From positions 28,883-92,882 of the forward strand of contig JBAZWU010000011.1 in assembly GCA_041660185.1 (NCBI GenBank): a stretch of DNA of 64,000 nucleotides, read 5' to 3'. The translations under genes were made by a program, and so were the position numbers. Origin of the DNA: Elusimicrobiota bacterium (lineage in GTDB: Bacteria > Elusimicrobiota > Elusimicrobia > 2-01-FULL-59-12). The notes beneath the pieces were generated by a model that made no database searches, was not told where the DNA came from, and saw only the letters and a program-made list of their open reading frames with translations. Shown here piece after piece: positions 9,825 through 18,478 of the stretch (position 1 is its first letter; the number at the start of each line of letters is the position of its first letter).

Positions 9825-10561
9825 ATTTTTATCGCCTGCGGAGCCGAACCATCCGAGGGGAAAGCCACCAGAGTTTTGGTATTCAACGGGGTCCATGTTT
9901 GAGAGAGCGCGGGCAACGGTTCCGAACAAACGACAACGCGGGGACCCACCTGGGCCGCAAAAAGCGAGTATATTTCCCCGCGCTCATCGGGAGATTCATT
10001 TTTGGCGAGTTGGCCGTCCCCCACATCCCGGTAAGCCCACAACGTCCTTCCGTCACTCATCAGAAAATTCAAAGAACTGAAGACGAGGTTCGAACGATGA
10101 TTCTGGAGCGTGGCTGCCAGCGCCTGGGTCGTATTCAAAGCGCTCGCGACATGCTCGAGCATCCACAACCCGAATCGTTCGCTGTCCGATCCCCCCTGCA
10201 GTCGCGCCTCCTGCAGCGGAAGTTCCGGCGCATTAAAGAGTTCCCCGTCGTGAGCAAAAACCCAGTCCCGGCAATGAAACGGCTGGGTCTTGCCGATCTC
10301 ACGGGTTTCGTCAGGCGATTTTCGAAAATGAGCGATAAGCACCGGGCTCTGCGTTTTCACCGTGCGTTCCACCGCACGGTCAAACGCTTCCCGGTTTTCG
10401 CCCGCGGATTCCGCCTGGCGGCCGAAATACACCGCCCGTCGGGCGCTGTATCCGGAAATGCCCCACCCGTCAGGATTCCCTTCCTGGCAAAGCGAATAGA
10501 AAACGGACAGCACGTCGCGGCCCGGGAGCGGCGCTCCCACAAGGCCCAACAAACGGCTCAT
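9821..10561 (-). CDS. class II glutamine amidotransferase (YafJ/EgtC-like), N-terminal nucleophile position is Ser not Cys
   Basis: 'MSRLLGLVG...DGWGISGY' aligns to class-II GATase 'MCELLGM...DGWGI'. ATG at 10559-10561 is followed by AGC (Ser), verified in the DNA. Confidence 0.7.
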   Translation of the reverse strand: MSRLLGLVGAPLPGRDVLSVFYSLCQEGNPDGWGISGYSARRAVYFGRQAESAGENREAFDRAVERTVKTQSPVLIAHFRKSPDETREIGKTQPFHCRDWVFAHDGELFNAPELPLQEARLQGGSDSERFGLWMLEHVASALNTTQALAATLQNHRSNLVFSSLNFLMSDGRTLWAYRDVGDGQLAKNESPDERGEIYSLFAAQVGPRVVVCSEPLPALSQTWTPLNTKTLVAFPSDGSAPQAIKI

Positions 10562-10656
10562 CTACGATTCCTCCTGTAACTTAAGTAACAGGTGCCTTGT
10601 AATCCGTCAACGGAAAAATACATTGAATTTTCGGGCTATTCTGGGCACCCTTAACC

Positions 10657-11445
10657 ATGCGCACGGTCCTTTGGCTTCCTTTATTGCTGTGCACCACACT
10701 GGCCTGCGGATCAGAACCTCTCCGCCGGCCAGCCCAGATGGTTTCCGACTACCACGGCACGTTTCCAGACGCTTTTACGCAGCAATTCGATCGAGTACGT
10801 CTTCTGACCCGCCAAGCTCAACTGGAAGTGTCTTCGCGGCTGGGGCTCTTTCAATACCAGGAAGGATTCCATTACCCTATCCGCATTCGCTTCGAGGATA
10901 ACGCACCGGCAGGTCTTGAAAATACGCTCGCCTTCGTGCGGCTGATGCAGAACAGCCAGGGAGAGTTCAGTCAGGAACTGGTCGTCAATTTAAACGAAAC
11001 TCGCCAGGGTGCCATGGATTTTGACCAGGTATTTTTTCATGAGATGACACATGCCGTTCTAAACGATGCTGTGGGCGGCGAAGCCAGCCTGAAAATTCCG
11101 CATTGGATTCAGGAAGGACTGGCGCAGTATGTGTCGAACGAGGGCGAACCCCGGCTTCGAAAAGCCACCGCCGGGCTGACCCGGCTGACGGTGCATGTGC
11201 TTCTGTGCGACCTGAACGGTCCTTACAGCAGCCGGGCCTACCCGCAGTATTACCTCGCTATCAAATACCTTTATGAAAAATACACTAGCAACGCGATTCA
11301 AGCTCTCGTACGCATGCTGATTGACGGCAAACCCTGCCGAGAAGCGCTCCAGGAAACGACCGGCGTCCCCTGGGAGCGGTTCCAGCAGGACCTTCACGAC
11401 TACAGCCTGAACACCCTCAAGGACATCGTCGGCCCACGCTATTAA
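10657..11445 (+). CDS. putative secreted zinc metalloprotease (HEXXH motif)
   Basis: Signal peptide 'MRTVLWLPLLLCTTLACG'. 'FFHEMTHAVLND' contains HExxH. Confidence 0.5.
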   Translation: MRTVLWLPLLLCTTLACGSEPLRRPAQMVSDYHGTFPDAFTQQFDRVRLLTRQAQLEVSSRLGLFQYQEGFHYPIRIRFEDNAPAGLENTLAFVRLMQNSQGEFSQELVVNLNETRQGAMDFDQVFFHEMTHAVLNDAVGGEASLKIPHWIQEGLAQYVSNEGEPRLRKATAGLTRLTVHVLLCDLNGPYSSRAYPQYYLAIKYLYEKYTSNAIQALVRMLIDGKPCREALQETTGVPWERFQQDLHDYSLNTLKDIVGPRY

Positions 11446-11676
11446 AAAATACTTTGGCGGCAGACGCCGGAGGACCGCTCACTCCGCTGCGGGACCCCGG
11501 CCAGGAGCTGGCCGTCGCTCGGGGGATCGGCCTCTCGGCCCTCCAAAACAACGGTCGGGACCTCGATGGCTGGCCTCCCCCCCTCACTGATCCCGCAAGT
11601 CGTTCGCTTGTCTCCCGCCGCCTGCCGCCCATGATTCCTGTTGCAACATTACCCAACAGAGGTAGGAGATATAAAC

Positions 11677-11997
11677 TCAGGCAGCTGTTTTGAAGGATGA
11701 GTTCTTGCGGGGTTGGAAGGTCAGGTCAATGCCTAGAGCCGTCAGCAGTTTGGTGACGCTGAACCACTCGGGGTTTCCATTTTTGGAGAGCATGACATAC
11801 AGATGCCGACGATCGAGTTTTACCGTACGAGAAATATGAGACATGCCCGAATGCGCATCAATAACATCCTTCAGCGCAAGCAGGAAAACGCGTTTATCGG
11901 CATCCTGGTAGGCGGCACGAAGGTAGCCGGCCGCCTGAACCGGGTCCTTTAAAGATTCCTGTAATTCCTTTTCATAACTACGGGCGCGCTTCATACG
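11677..11997 (-). CDS. type II antitoxin, HTH 'addiction module antidote protein' family (HigA-like)
   Basis: The likely start is the internal Met 'MKRARSYEKELQESLKDP'. 'LLALKDVIDAHSGMSHISRTVKLDRRHLYVMLSKNGNPEWFSVTKLLTALGIDL' matches the antidote-family HTH pattern. It overlaps the upstream toxin stop by a few bases. Confidence 0.7.
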   Translation of the reverse strand, partial: RMKRARSYEKELQESLKDPVQAAGYLRAAYQDADKRVFLLALKDVIDAHSGMSHISRTVKLDRRHLYVMLSKNGNPEWFSVTKLLTALGIDLTFQPRKNSSFKTAA

Positions 11998-12341
11998 TTT
12001 GATCTCCGAAAATCTTCCCAATAGTTTTTTGCCAGTCCGATGTCTTTCCGGGCCTGAGTACTTTTGTCTCCCCCGCAGAGCAGCACGATGAGCGTGTTGC
12101 GCCATTCAGCAAAATAGACCCGGTAACCGGGCCCAACATAAAACTTCAGTTCCCAAATTCCGTCCCCGACGGCACCGCATCGGCCCATAAGCCCAAGACG
12201 GACGCGCGCCAAACGGGCCCGCAGAGCATCCACAAAGACCGGATGTTTGAGTGAGTCTCTCCATTCCAGAAAAGGGCACGTTCCATCCTCTTTTTCGTAA
12301 TAGATGATTTGTCGCGGTGTCGGTTCCAGGCCATCTTCCTT
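11991..12341 (-). CDS. type II toxin, RelE/ParE superfamily 'addiction module killer' (HigB-like); no canonical in-frame start codon upstream of a GTG at 12233
   Basis: My translation of the minus strand gives '...IIYYEKEDGTCPFLEWRDSLKHPVFVDALRARLARVRLGLMGRCGAVGDGIWELKFYVGPGYRVYFAEWRNTLIVLLCGGDKSTQARKDIGLAKNYW'. This is the typical family sequence. The frame is open back to a stop at 12342-12344, but with no ATG/GTG/TTG before residue V at 12233. Confidence 0.6.
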   Translation of the reverse strand, partial: KEDGLEPTPRQIIYYEKEDGTCPFLEWRDSLKHPVFVDALRARLARVRLGLMGRCGAVGDGIWELKFYVGPGYRVYFAEWRNTLIVLLCGGDKSTQARKDIGLAKNYWEDFRRSNV

Positions 12342-12431
12342 TCAAATTGTGTGTTATAAACGACAACTCGTCAAGTCGTTTCTGTTCTACTAATTTAGAG
12401 CACTGAACCATCCAAATATTCATTTCCTCGG

Positions 12432-12440
12432 TGCTATAAT
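12432..12440 (+). promoter_or_regulatory. extended -10 promoter element (TGcTATAAT) for ssrA
   Basis: 'tgctataat' ends 10 nt upstream of the tmRNA 5' end (GGGGCUGA at 12450). Confidence 0.45.
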
Positions 12441-12449
12441 CACTTTATT

Positions 12450-12816
12450 GGGGCTGAATAGGTTCGACAGGATTGGACGGAGCGGACAGTCGCAGGCCCT
12501 GGTTGGTCGAATCCAGGTAAAAAGTCGGCCAAAACACAACTGGCGAATACGCCCTCGCTGCCTAAACAACAGCGTGCCCTCGGCTTTTAAGCTGAGGCGC
12601 TCTCTCCGGCCCCGCCTGTGGGCGGAGTCAGAGCGTCATCATGCAGGCTAGGATCGGTTCTCTCGCCCTGAAGAGCTGATCCGAAATCCAGCAGGGCTAG
12701 TTCTTACGAAGGCCGTTCTCAGCCTGAGTAAGGTCGAAACCTAAAAGGGGACTAAGCTTGTAGGGACCCCGCTAGGCTAATCTTGGACCCGGGTGCAATT
12801 CCCGGCAGCTCCACCA
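12450..12816 (+). ncRNA. ssrA: tmRNA (SsrA), about 367 nt, predicted tag peptide GQNTTGEYALAA
   Basis: The 5' end 'GGGGCUGAAUAGGUUCGACAGG' pairs with the 3' end '...GGACCCGGGUGCAAUUCCCGGCAGCUCCACCA' (a tRNA-Ala-like acceptor/T-arm with a G3:U pair). The internal ORF 'GUC GGC CAA AAC ACA ACU GGC GAA UAC GCC CUC GCU GCC UAA' (12527-12565) ends in the YALAA* degradation tag. Confidence 0.9.
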
Positions 12817-12825
12817 CTTCAATAG

Positions 12826-12870
12826 AAAAGCCGGCACTTCTTCGTCAGAGGAGGTGTCGGCTTTGCTTTT
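12826..12870. terminator. intrinsic terminator after ssrA (possibly bidirectional with the convergent pilin-like gene)
   Basis: 'aaaagccggcac' (12826-12837), a 17-nt loop, then 'gtgtcggcttt' and 'gctttt'. This is an 11-bp stem with one G-U pair followed by a T tract. The opposite strand also has a T-rich tail. Confidence 0.5.
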
Positions 12871-12897
12871 GGACCAACTTAAAAAGGAGGGTAAATC

Positions 12898-13209
12898 CTA
12901 CCGATGGGGCGGGACGTACGCGGAAGGAATTCTGCTGATGTATTTTTGTACCAGAGAGTTGATATCCGTTGGATACGTTCCTGCGTTGTCGCTGTAATAA
13001 ATGCTGAGGGCGGAACGGAGCGCTCCAAGGTTGCCTTTGGTCACTCCCTCCTGTGCTTTAGAAACCATATCGGCAAACCGCGGAATCGCGATCGCGCAAA
13101 GAATGGAGATGATCGCGACCACGATCATGAGTTCAATTAATGTGAATCCGGACTGGCAGGGTCTCTGACAACCGTGGAATCCATCGAAACGAGTTAGTCT
13201 AATATCCAA
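12898..13209 (-). CDS. prepilin-type N-terminal cleavage/methylation domain protein (type IV pilin / T2SS pseudopilin-like)
   Basis: 'QSGFTLIELMIVVAIISILCAIAIPRF' is the canonical G|FTLIE prepilin motif plus hydrophobic helix. The leader before G is unusually long in this ORF, so the true start may be internal. Confidence 0.7.
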   Translation of the reverse strand: MDIRLTRFDGFHGCQRPCQSGFTLIELMIVVAIISILCAIAIPRFADMVSKAQEGVTKGNLGALRSALSIYYSDNAGTYPTDINSLVQKYISRIPSAYVPPHR

Positions 13210-13544
13210 GCTTTCCCTTTCCGGTCGGGATGACCGCAGTTGACACCGATATGTCCGAATCGAGGATCAGCGGGATCGTTATAGTAAACCCAACCTCCGG
13301 TGTCATCCATAAAGCCGTAATTACCCGCTTCATTAACCACTTGACTGGATGCTATATGACCAGGGTTGGTACGGCAGCGGTTCGGATAAGTGTAGTAGGG
13401 AGGGGTTTCGGGAGCGCAATCATTAAACCGAATGATGCATCCATCCCCCATCCGGATATCGTATTCACAGGCCATCGAACTCCGGCTGAAAAGACCCAGG
13501 AGGCTCAGTACCCCTACAACAAAGACAATCCTGTTTTTATCCAT
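13194..13544 (-). CDS. hypothetical small secreted cysteine-rich protein
   Basis: 116 aa with a signal-like N-terminus and 7 Cys. No family recognised. Confidence 0.4.
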   Translation of the reverse strand: MDKNRIVFVVGVLSLLGLFSRSSMACEYDIRMGDGCIIRFNDCAPETPPYYTYPNRCRTNPGHIASSQVVNEAGNYGFMDDTGGWVYYNDPADPRFGHIGVNCGHPDRKGKAWILD

Positions 13545-13679
13545 GGCCGTGATCCTCCTTCGAAAGGGTTGCTACCTTAATCAACAACTCTACTATTGTA
13601 TACCCCCAAAATAGGAGTCAGTCAACGGGGGTACTGCTTATCGTTACAATCACAAAGTAGCTGTATAAATCAACGTGTT

Positions 13680-14273
13680 TTATCGTCTTACTTTTTCAAG
13701 ATCCGAGGCCTTCATAACTGCTATTACGCCTTTGCGCATTCGATTGTCGCCGCTCCACGGACCGCCGTTTTCATCATAGGGGATCTCCGCAACGGTATCC
13801 GGGGAAACAAGATATCGGGTGCGAGAAGAACGCTGTCCTTTTAAATAGCGAGTGGGAAAGACTTTCTCTTCTATTTCACTGCGAGTCATACCCGGCCGGA
13901 TCTGCGAAGACCAATCATTGTCGGGTGGGTATGAATTCTTAGGATGCCGTCTTTGATAAGCCCCCCATAAACCGCTCAAGATACCGGCCGCCAGCATCGC
14001 GATAAGAATGAGGCGTTGAAGCCATGTGGTGTTCTCCAGAGTCCCCAAAAGCGTCGAATCATCCAGTTTCTCCGGCAAAGGCGTTTCCTCGGAAACGGAA
14101 GGGACGTCTGTAACTTCAGGAGCGGATGGGTTGTCTTCCGATGGCCTGGCAGAAACCATAAATAACCCTATTTTTTGAAGCTCCGCGGCCAACGCGTGAG
14201 TGTCCTCCGCCGCCAGGTTTCCCTGGACAGTCTTCCCCTGCAGATCCATCGCTGTGTAATGAAATTCGGTCAT
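13680..14273 (-). CDS. hypothetical single-TM protein with GspF/PilC N-terminal-like domain
   Basis: N-terminus 'HYTAMDLQGKTVQGNLAAEDTHALAAELQKIGLFMVS' resembles the cytoplasmic N-domain of T2SS/T4P platform proteins. One TM (LILIAMLAAGILSGLWGAY) follows. Confidence 0.45.
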   Translation of the reverse strand: MTEFHYTAMDLQGKTVQGNLAAEDTHALAAELQKIGLFMVSARPSEDNPSAPEVTDVPSVSEETPLPEKLDDSTLLGTLENTTWLQRLILIAMLAAGILSGLWGAYQRRHPKNSYPPDNDWSSQIRPGMTRSEIEEKVFPTRYLKGQRSSRTRYLVSPDTVAEIPYDENGGPWSGDNRMRKGVIAVMKASDLEKVRR

Positions 14274-14343
14274 TCCAAGATCTCCTCGTTAAGATTAGCC
14301 CACATGAGAGATGATGTCAAGGAAACCGCAACAGCACCGCGCT

Positions 14344-14850
14344 CTATTTCAGTTGAGACAAAACAGCCTGCAGTTCGGCGCTGTGCGTGGCTGGGGTGAC
14401 GGAGCGGTTGATGTAGACCAGCCGGCCTGCTTTGTCGATGATAAAGCTCTGGCGGCTGGCGAATAAAAGCCCCCCCGCGCCGTAGGCTTTGGCGATGGAT
14501 TTGTCGGTGTCCGAGAGCAGCAGGAAGGGCAGCCGGTACTTCTCGATGAATTTCCGGTGAGATTCGATGGAGTCGAAGCTGATGCCGAAGACCGTGGCCT
14601 TGAGGGTGCGGAACGCGGCGAAATCGTCACGCAGGCCGCAGGCTTCCTTAGTGCATCCAGGAGTATCGTCTTTGGGGTAAAAGTAGAGGACGATCGGCGC
14701 ACGGTTTAACCACTCTTCCAGATGGACCTGGGAACCATCGCTCGCCGGAGCCGTAAACTCCGGCGCCAGGGATCCCACCTTCAGTTCCGCTGCTCCTGCT
14801 TTTGAAAAAACCATGAGAACCACCCCCAGCACGATCCCGATCTTGCCCAT
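14344..14850 (-). CDS. peroxiredoxin (Bcp/AhpC-TSA family thiol peroxidase), with signal peptide
   Basis: 'APEFTAPASDGSQVHLEEW...IVLYFYPKDDTPGCTKEACGLRD' contains the peroxidatic TPGC-T-E motif of Bcp-type peroxiredoxins. Confidence 0.85.
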   Translation of the reverse strand: MGKIGIVLGVVLMVFSKAGAAELKVGSLAPEFTAPASDGSQVHLEEWLNRAPIVLYFYPKDDTPGCTKEACGLRDDFAAFRTLKATVFGISFDSIESHRKFIEKYRLPFLLLSDTDKSIAKAYGAGGLLFASRQSFIIDKAGRLVYINRSVTPATHSAELQAVLSQLK

Positions 14851-15081
14851 ATTTCAGTTTAGCACTTCAGAAGCTTACGGGGCTCTTATTTCTTATGGCA
14901 TAAAACCTCATCACATTCTCACATTGGGTCACCCCTTTGATTGTTAATCTCTGAAACCTTGGATGTAAGGTAATTTTTCTTCGGGCGGTTTCGGTTTTTT
15001 CTTAAGATCCTCGACGTCTCGAATCAGCAGTCGAATGTCGGTGTCATGCACCGAGACTTTCCCCTCCAGTTTTTCGACCCT

Positions 15082-15411
15082 TCAAGCAACGCTTTGATGC
15101 GCCAGGATGGCATGGCGCAATTTCACGAAGGCCCTCATGATCGCGATGTTCACTTGAACGGCTCGTTCGCTTTGAAGAACGCTCGATAACATGGCAATGC
15201 CTTGTTCAGTAAAGGCAAGCACCCGCTTCGAATATTTCAGAGTGTGCGTTCTTCCAGAGGATATCCCAATTTGGGATATCCTCATAATTTCGTAGCGACT
15301 GAGCTCGAACATAAAGTCCAGAGGGAATCTATCCCGGTTGCGCATGACAGCCCAGTTCAGAATGCGGGGTTCAACTCCATAAAGGTCAGCCAAATCCGAA
15401 TCCAACATCAC
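15082..15411 (-). CDS. ORF6N (KilA-N-related) domain protein, N-terminus possibly truncated
   Basis: 'MLDSDLADLYGVEPRILNWAVMRNRDRFPLDFMFELSRYE...SERAVQVNIAIMRAFVKLR' matches the ORF6N domain pattern. A stop lies immediately upstream of the GTG start, so the usual first ~10 residues of the domain are missing. Confidence 0.65.
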   Translation of the reverse strand: MMLDSDLADLYGVEPRILNWAVMRNRDRFPLDFMFELSRYEIMRISQIGISSGRTHTLKYSKRVLAFTEQGIAMLSSVLQSERAVQVNIAIMRAFVKLRHAILAHQSVA

Positions 15412-15690
15412 CTACTGTCCCCTAATCCGGTAGATGCGGCTCTGCACGTTCGGCGTTTTTGTTGCGAGGGGGTGCTGCCCTGCGCAGGAGCGCGACGTGA
15501 GGCCTGCGGCTTGGGAGCGAGGGCGGGTCAGCCGAGGGCTGTCTGAGGCGCCAGACTTCTGGCGCCGAGTTCCGCAGGCTGCTCGAGCGGACAAGACGGA
15601 GCTGTCAGGCCGGTTGGAGCGCTCTAGCGCAGGGCGGCACACCGAGTGGACAACCGCCACCGCGCCAATTACATCAGGAGATACTGGGAG

Positions 15691-16158
15691 TTATTTCGAG
15701 CTTTTGACGGCAGGATTCGCAATCGACAGACACCACAAAAAGAAGCTGCTGACGATTCCACCGGTCAAGCAACCGGAAATCAGCGCTCCGCCCAGACGAA
15801 ACCAGGTCGGGAACTGATGAAACTGGACCGGGAATTGGATCAGGCTGCCAATCATCTGCGTCAGGGATCCAACGATCGCGCCCAAAGAGAAACACCGTCC
15901 AAAATCATACGGTTGATGGAAGTACGTCGTACGCCGGGCCAGGAAAACCGACACAGCCCACAACAGCCCGCCTCCGACCAACGTCGCGAGCCAATTTGTT
16001 TCAATCATCCAACCCAGCAACACCAACGGATGCGTTTGGGCGAAGAGTGGTATACCTTTTATCCGCAGAAGTATCCAAAGAATGACATGCCCAAGAACGA
16101 AATAGGTCAGCCAAAAAACAAAAGACCAGAATTTCGAAAAGCGCATGTTAAATGGCAA
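15691..16158 (-). CDS. hypothetical membrane protein
   Basis: 155 aa with 4 predicted TM segments. No family recognised. Confidence 0.45.
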   Translation of the reverse strand: MPFNMRFSKFWSFVFWLTYFVLGHVILWILLRIKGIPLFAQTHPLVLLGWMIETNWLATLVGGGLLWAVSVFLARRTTYFHQPYDFGRCFSLGAIVGSLTQMIGSLIQFPVQFHQFPTWFRLGGALISGCLTGGIVSSFFLWCLSIANPAVKSSK

Positions 16159-16663
16159 CCGTTTCTAGTTTAGTGATGTCGGCGCCGAAGACGGGCACCA
16201 TACCGAGGTAAACGGTGCTGTCCCGGTGGATCCAGCTGTGGGTGCCCCGCTCGTCCTGGAAGAGAATCTCATAACCGTCACCGTCCCGGTAATCCGTCTC
16301 CAGAACGATCGCGACATGATTAATGCGGGACCGACTGTCCCGGAAGAAAAGAAGATTTCCCGGCTGCACCATCGCCAGCGGCACGGTCGCTCGGAGGGTT
16401 TTAGCGTGATACGCCCAGCGCCGGGCCGATCCATAGGTCGTATAGCGCTTGCCGGTCATGAGATACAGTCCGTAACGCGCGAACGCCGCGCAGTGACGGT
16501 GCCGCCCGTTATAGGGATTGTTTATCCGAAGAACATCCGGAGAGAGGGCGACCGCATTCACCCCCGGCTTATCCGCCCCGGCGAGCCGCGAAGCGCTGAT
16601 CGTAAAAATAAGCGAGCCACTGAGGAGAATCCGTCCGGCTTTTTGAATGATCGATATTCTCAT
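16148..16663 (-). CDS. NlpC/P60 (C40) family peptidase-like secreted protein
   Basis: Signal peptide. The motifs 'HCAAFARYGLY' (Cys), 'GNLLFF' and 'INHVAIVL' (His) follow the order of NlpC/P60 catalytic residues. Confidence 0.55.
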   Translation of the reverse strand: MRISIIQKAGRILLSGSLIFTISASRLAGADKPGVNAVALSPDVLRINNPYNGRHRHCAAFARYGLYLMTGKRYTTYGSARRWAYHAKTLRATVPLAMVQPGNLLFFRDSRSRINHVAIVLETDYRDGDGYEILFQDERGTHSWIHRDSTVYLGMVPVFGADITKLETVAI

Positions 16664-16679
16664 GGGATTTCGCGCTCCA

Positions 16680-17534
16680 TCATACCAAAGTAAGTTTTGC
16701 CCCTAAACGGACTCTTCGCTTGTTGATCAAAGGACGGATCGCGCCGAGAAGCAGTAAGGCGGCTCCAAACGTACAAACGACGGTGGCCCCTGTGGGCGTA
16801 TCGAAGCCGTAAGACGCGTAGATCCCGATCAGGCTGACCAGCGTCCCCATGGTCCATCCGAAGGCGAGGCGCGGCCCGACGCGGTCAAAGAAGAGCATGG
16901 CCCCAACCGCCGGCACAATTAAGAAAGAAAATACCAGCAGCACCCCGGCGATGGCCACCGACGACGTCACCACAAACCCGAAGGTGCCGTAGAAGAGAAA
17001 ATCCCACAACCGGCCCTGGTATCCCGTCTCCTCGGCGGTGTCGTGATGGGTGGAAATGGCGAGAAACGGCTTGCGCCAGATCCAATGCAGCAGGCCGACG
17101 AAGGCATAGACGACCGCGATTTTGACCACCTCCAAAGGGGTGACCGCCAGCAGATTGCCGACCAGGATGTATTTGATATGTTCGCCGCCTTCCGGAAGAC
17201 GGTCCATCACCAGGACCGCGGCGGCCGCGCTGACCGCGTAGACAATCCCGATAAAGGCCTCCTGCGGCACTTTGCCGCGCTGCATGCGCACGAAGGCAAA
17301 GATGGCGGCACCCAACAGCGTGAAGCCCAGCGATGTGACGTAGGTGGTCTGGCTGTGGAGATCAAATCCCGACAAGAGCGCGATGGTGGCTCCCAGCGAT
17401 GCGATCTGGGCCAGGGACAGATCGACAAAAATAACACCGCGCTCAACCACGTGAAGCCCCAGGTAAGCATGAATACCGGTAAGCACCAGGCAGGCCAGCG
17501 CCGGCCACAAAAGGATCTGGATAATTTCAGGCAT
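16680..17534 (-). CDS. metal ABC transporter permease (ABC-3 family, ZnuB/MntB-like)
   Basis: 284 aa, polytopic. 'LWPALACLVLTGIHAYLGLHVVERGVIFVDLSLAQIASLGA' is typical of ABC-3 permeases. Confidence 0.85.
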   Translation of the reverse strand: MPEIIQILLWPALACLVLTGIHAYLGLHVVERGVIFVDLSLAQIASLGATIALLSGFDLHSQTTYVTSLGFTLLGAAIFAFVRMQRGKVPQEAFIGIVYAVSAAAAVLVMDRLPEGGEHIKYILVGNLLAVTPLEVVKIAVVYAFVGLLHWIWRKPFLAISTHHDTAEETGYQGRLWDFLFYGTFGFVVTSSVAIAGVLLVFSFLIVPAVGAMLFFDRVGPRLAFGWTMGTLVSLIGIYASYGFDTPTGATVVCTFGAALLLLGAIRPLINKRRVRLGAKLTLV

Positions 17535-18478
17535 CAGGATTTACCTCCGAGCGTGTTCTTGATTAGATTCAGATCGTAATCAAAAAGGTCAAAGTACGTT
17601 TTGATCGACTGGACGCCTCCCACCGATGGCGGAAACAGGAGCATCCGGGCGCCGGTATCGGCCACGATCTTCTGCGGGAGCTTCTCGTCGAAATAGGGCT
17701 CGATCAGGAGGAGCGGAATTTTTTCGCGCTTGACTTGATTGATCAAGTTCTGCACGTGGACCGGAGAAGGCGGGATGCCGGGTTTGGGCTCCACATGATT
17801 GACGATGTCCAGCCCGAACGTCTCCGCGAAGTTGGGCCAGGAGTTGTGGTAGGTGATGACCCGGGTCCCCTTGAAGGAATCCGCCAGGCGGTGCCACTCT
17901 ATTTCTTTCTCGGTCAGACGGTTTTCAAAGACCTTCAGATTCTCCGCATACACCGCACGGTTCGCCGGATCGAGTTCACTCAGCTTGCCGGCGATATGCC
18001 GGGCGATCACGCGCCCGTTCTCCGGGTCTGTCCAGTAATGCGGATTGCCAAAGGGATGAACATCCCCCATCGACCGGTCCACCGTGCCGGCGGACTTCTG
18101 CAGAACATCGCAGCCTTCGGAGGCATCCAGAAAACCCGGATTGCCGGGAAGAATTTTCGTATTGCGGGCATTCTGCAGAAGCGGCGGCAGCCATCCGGTT
18201 TCCAATTCCAGCCCCACCACCATCAACAGATCCGCCCGATTCAGTTTGAGAAGGTAACTCGGCTTGGGATCGACAAAATGCGGGTCCTGATACCCCTTGG
18301 CGATCGCTTGAACATCGATATGGTCCCGGCCGATCTCGCTGGCGAGCGCGGCCAGATCCTGGGTTGTAGTCACCACCTGCAGTTTGGCGGAGGCGAGCGA
18401 CGGTCCGAGCGAAAGAGCCAGTAAACAAATGAGTAATCGTTGAATGAATTTCATAATTGTTTCTCCCTTAAAAAGCAT
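17534..18478 (-). CDS. metal ABC transporter substrate-binding protein (ZnuA/TroA family)
   Basis: Signal peptide. 'DPHFVDPKPSYLL...HPFGNPHYWTDPENG' matches the cluster A-I SBP pattern. The likely true start is the internal 'MKFIQRLL'. Confidence 0.85.
   Translation of the reverse strand: MLFKGETIMKFIQRLLICLLALSLGPSLASAKLQVVTTTQDLAALASEIGRDHIDVQAIAKGYQDPHFVDPKPSYLLKLNRADLLMVVGLELETGWLPPLLQNARNTKILPGNPGFLDASEGCDVLQKSAGTVDRSMGDVHPFGNPHYWTDPENGRVIARHIAGKLSELDPANRAVYAENLKVFENRLTEKEIEWHRLADSFKGTRVITYHNSWPNFAETFGLDIVNHVEPKPGIPPSPVHVQNLINQVKREKIPLLLIEPYFDEKLPQKIVADTGARMLLFPPSVGGVQSIKTYFDLFDYDLNLIKNTLGGKS

Noticed and set aside
12448-12651. Small ORFs (67 aa and others) inside the 12450-12816 region
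   Set aside because: They lie inside the tmRNA gene, whose RNA structure and tag-peptide frame are unambiguous. They are spurious ORF calls.
15412-15690. GC-rich 280-bp gap upstream of the ORF6N gene, with several short ORFs (15434..15817, 15412..15660)
   Set aside because: No coherent protein features or RNA structure recognised. It is probably intergenic/promoter sequence. Not reported as a feature.
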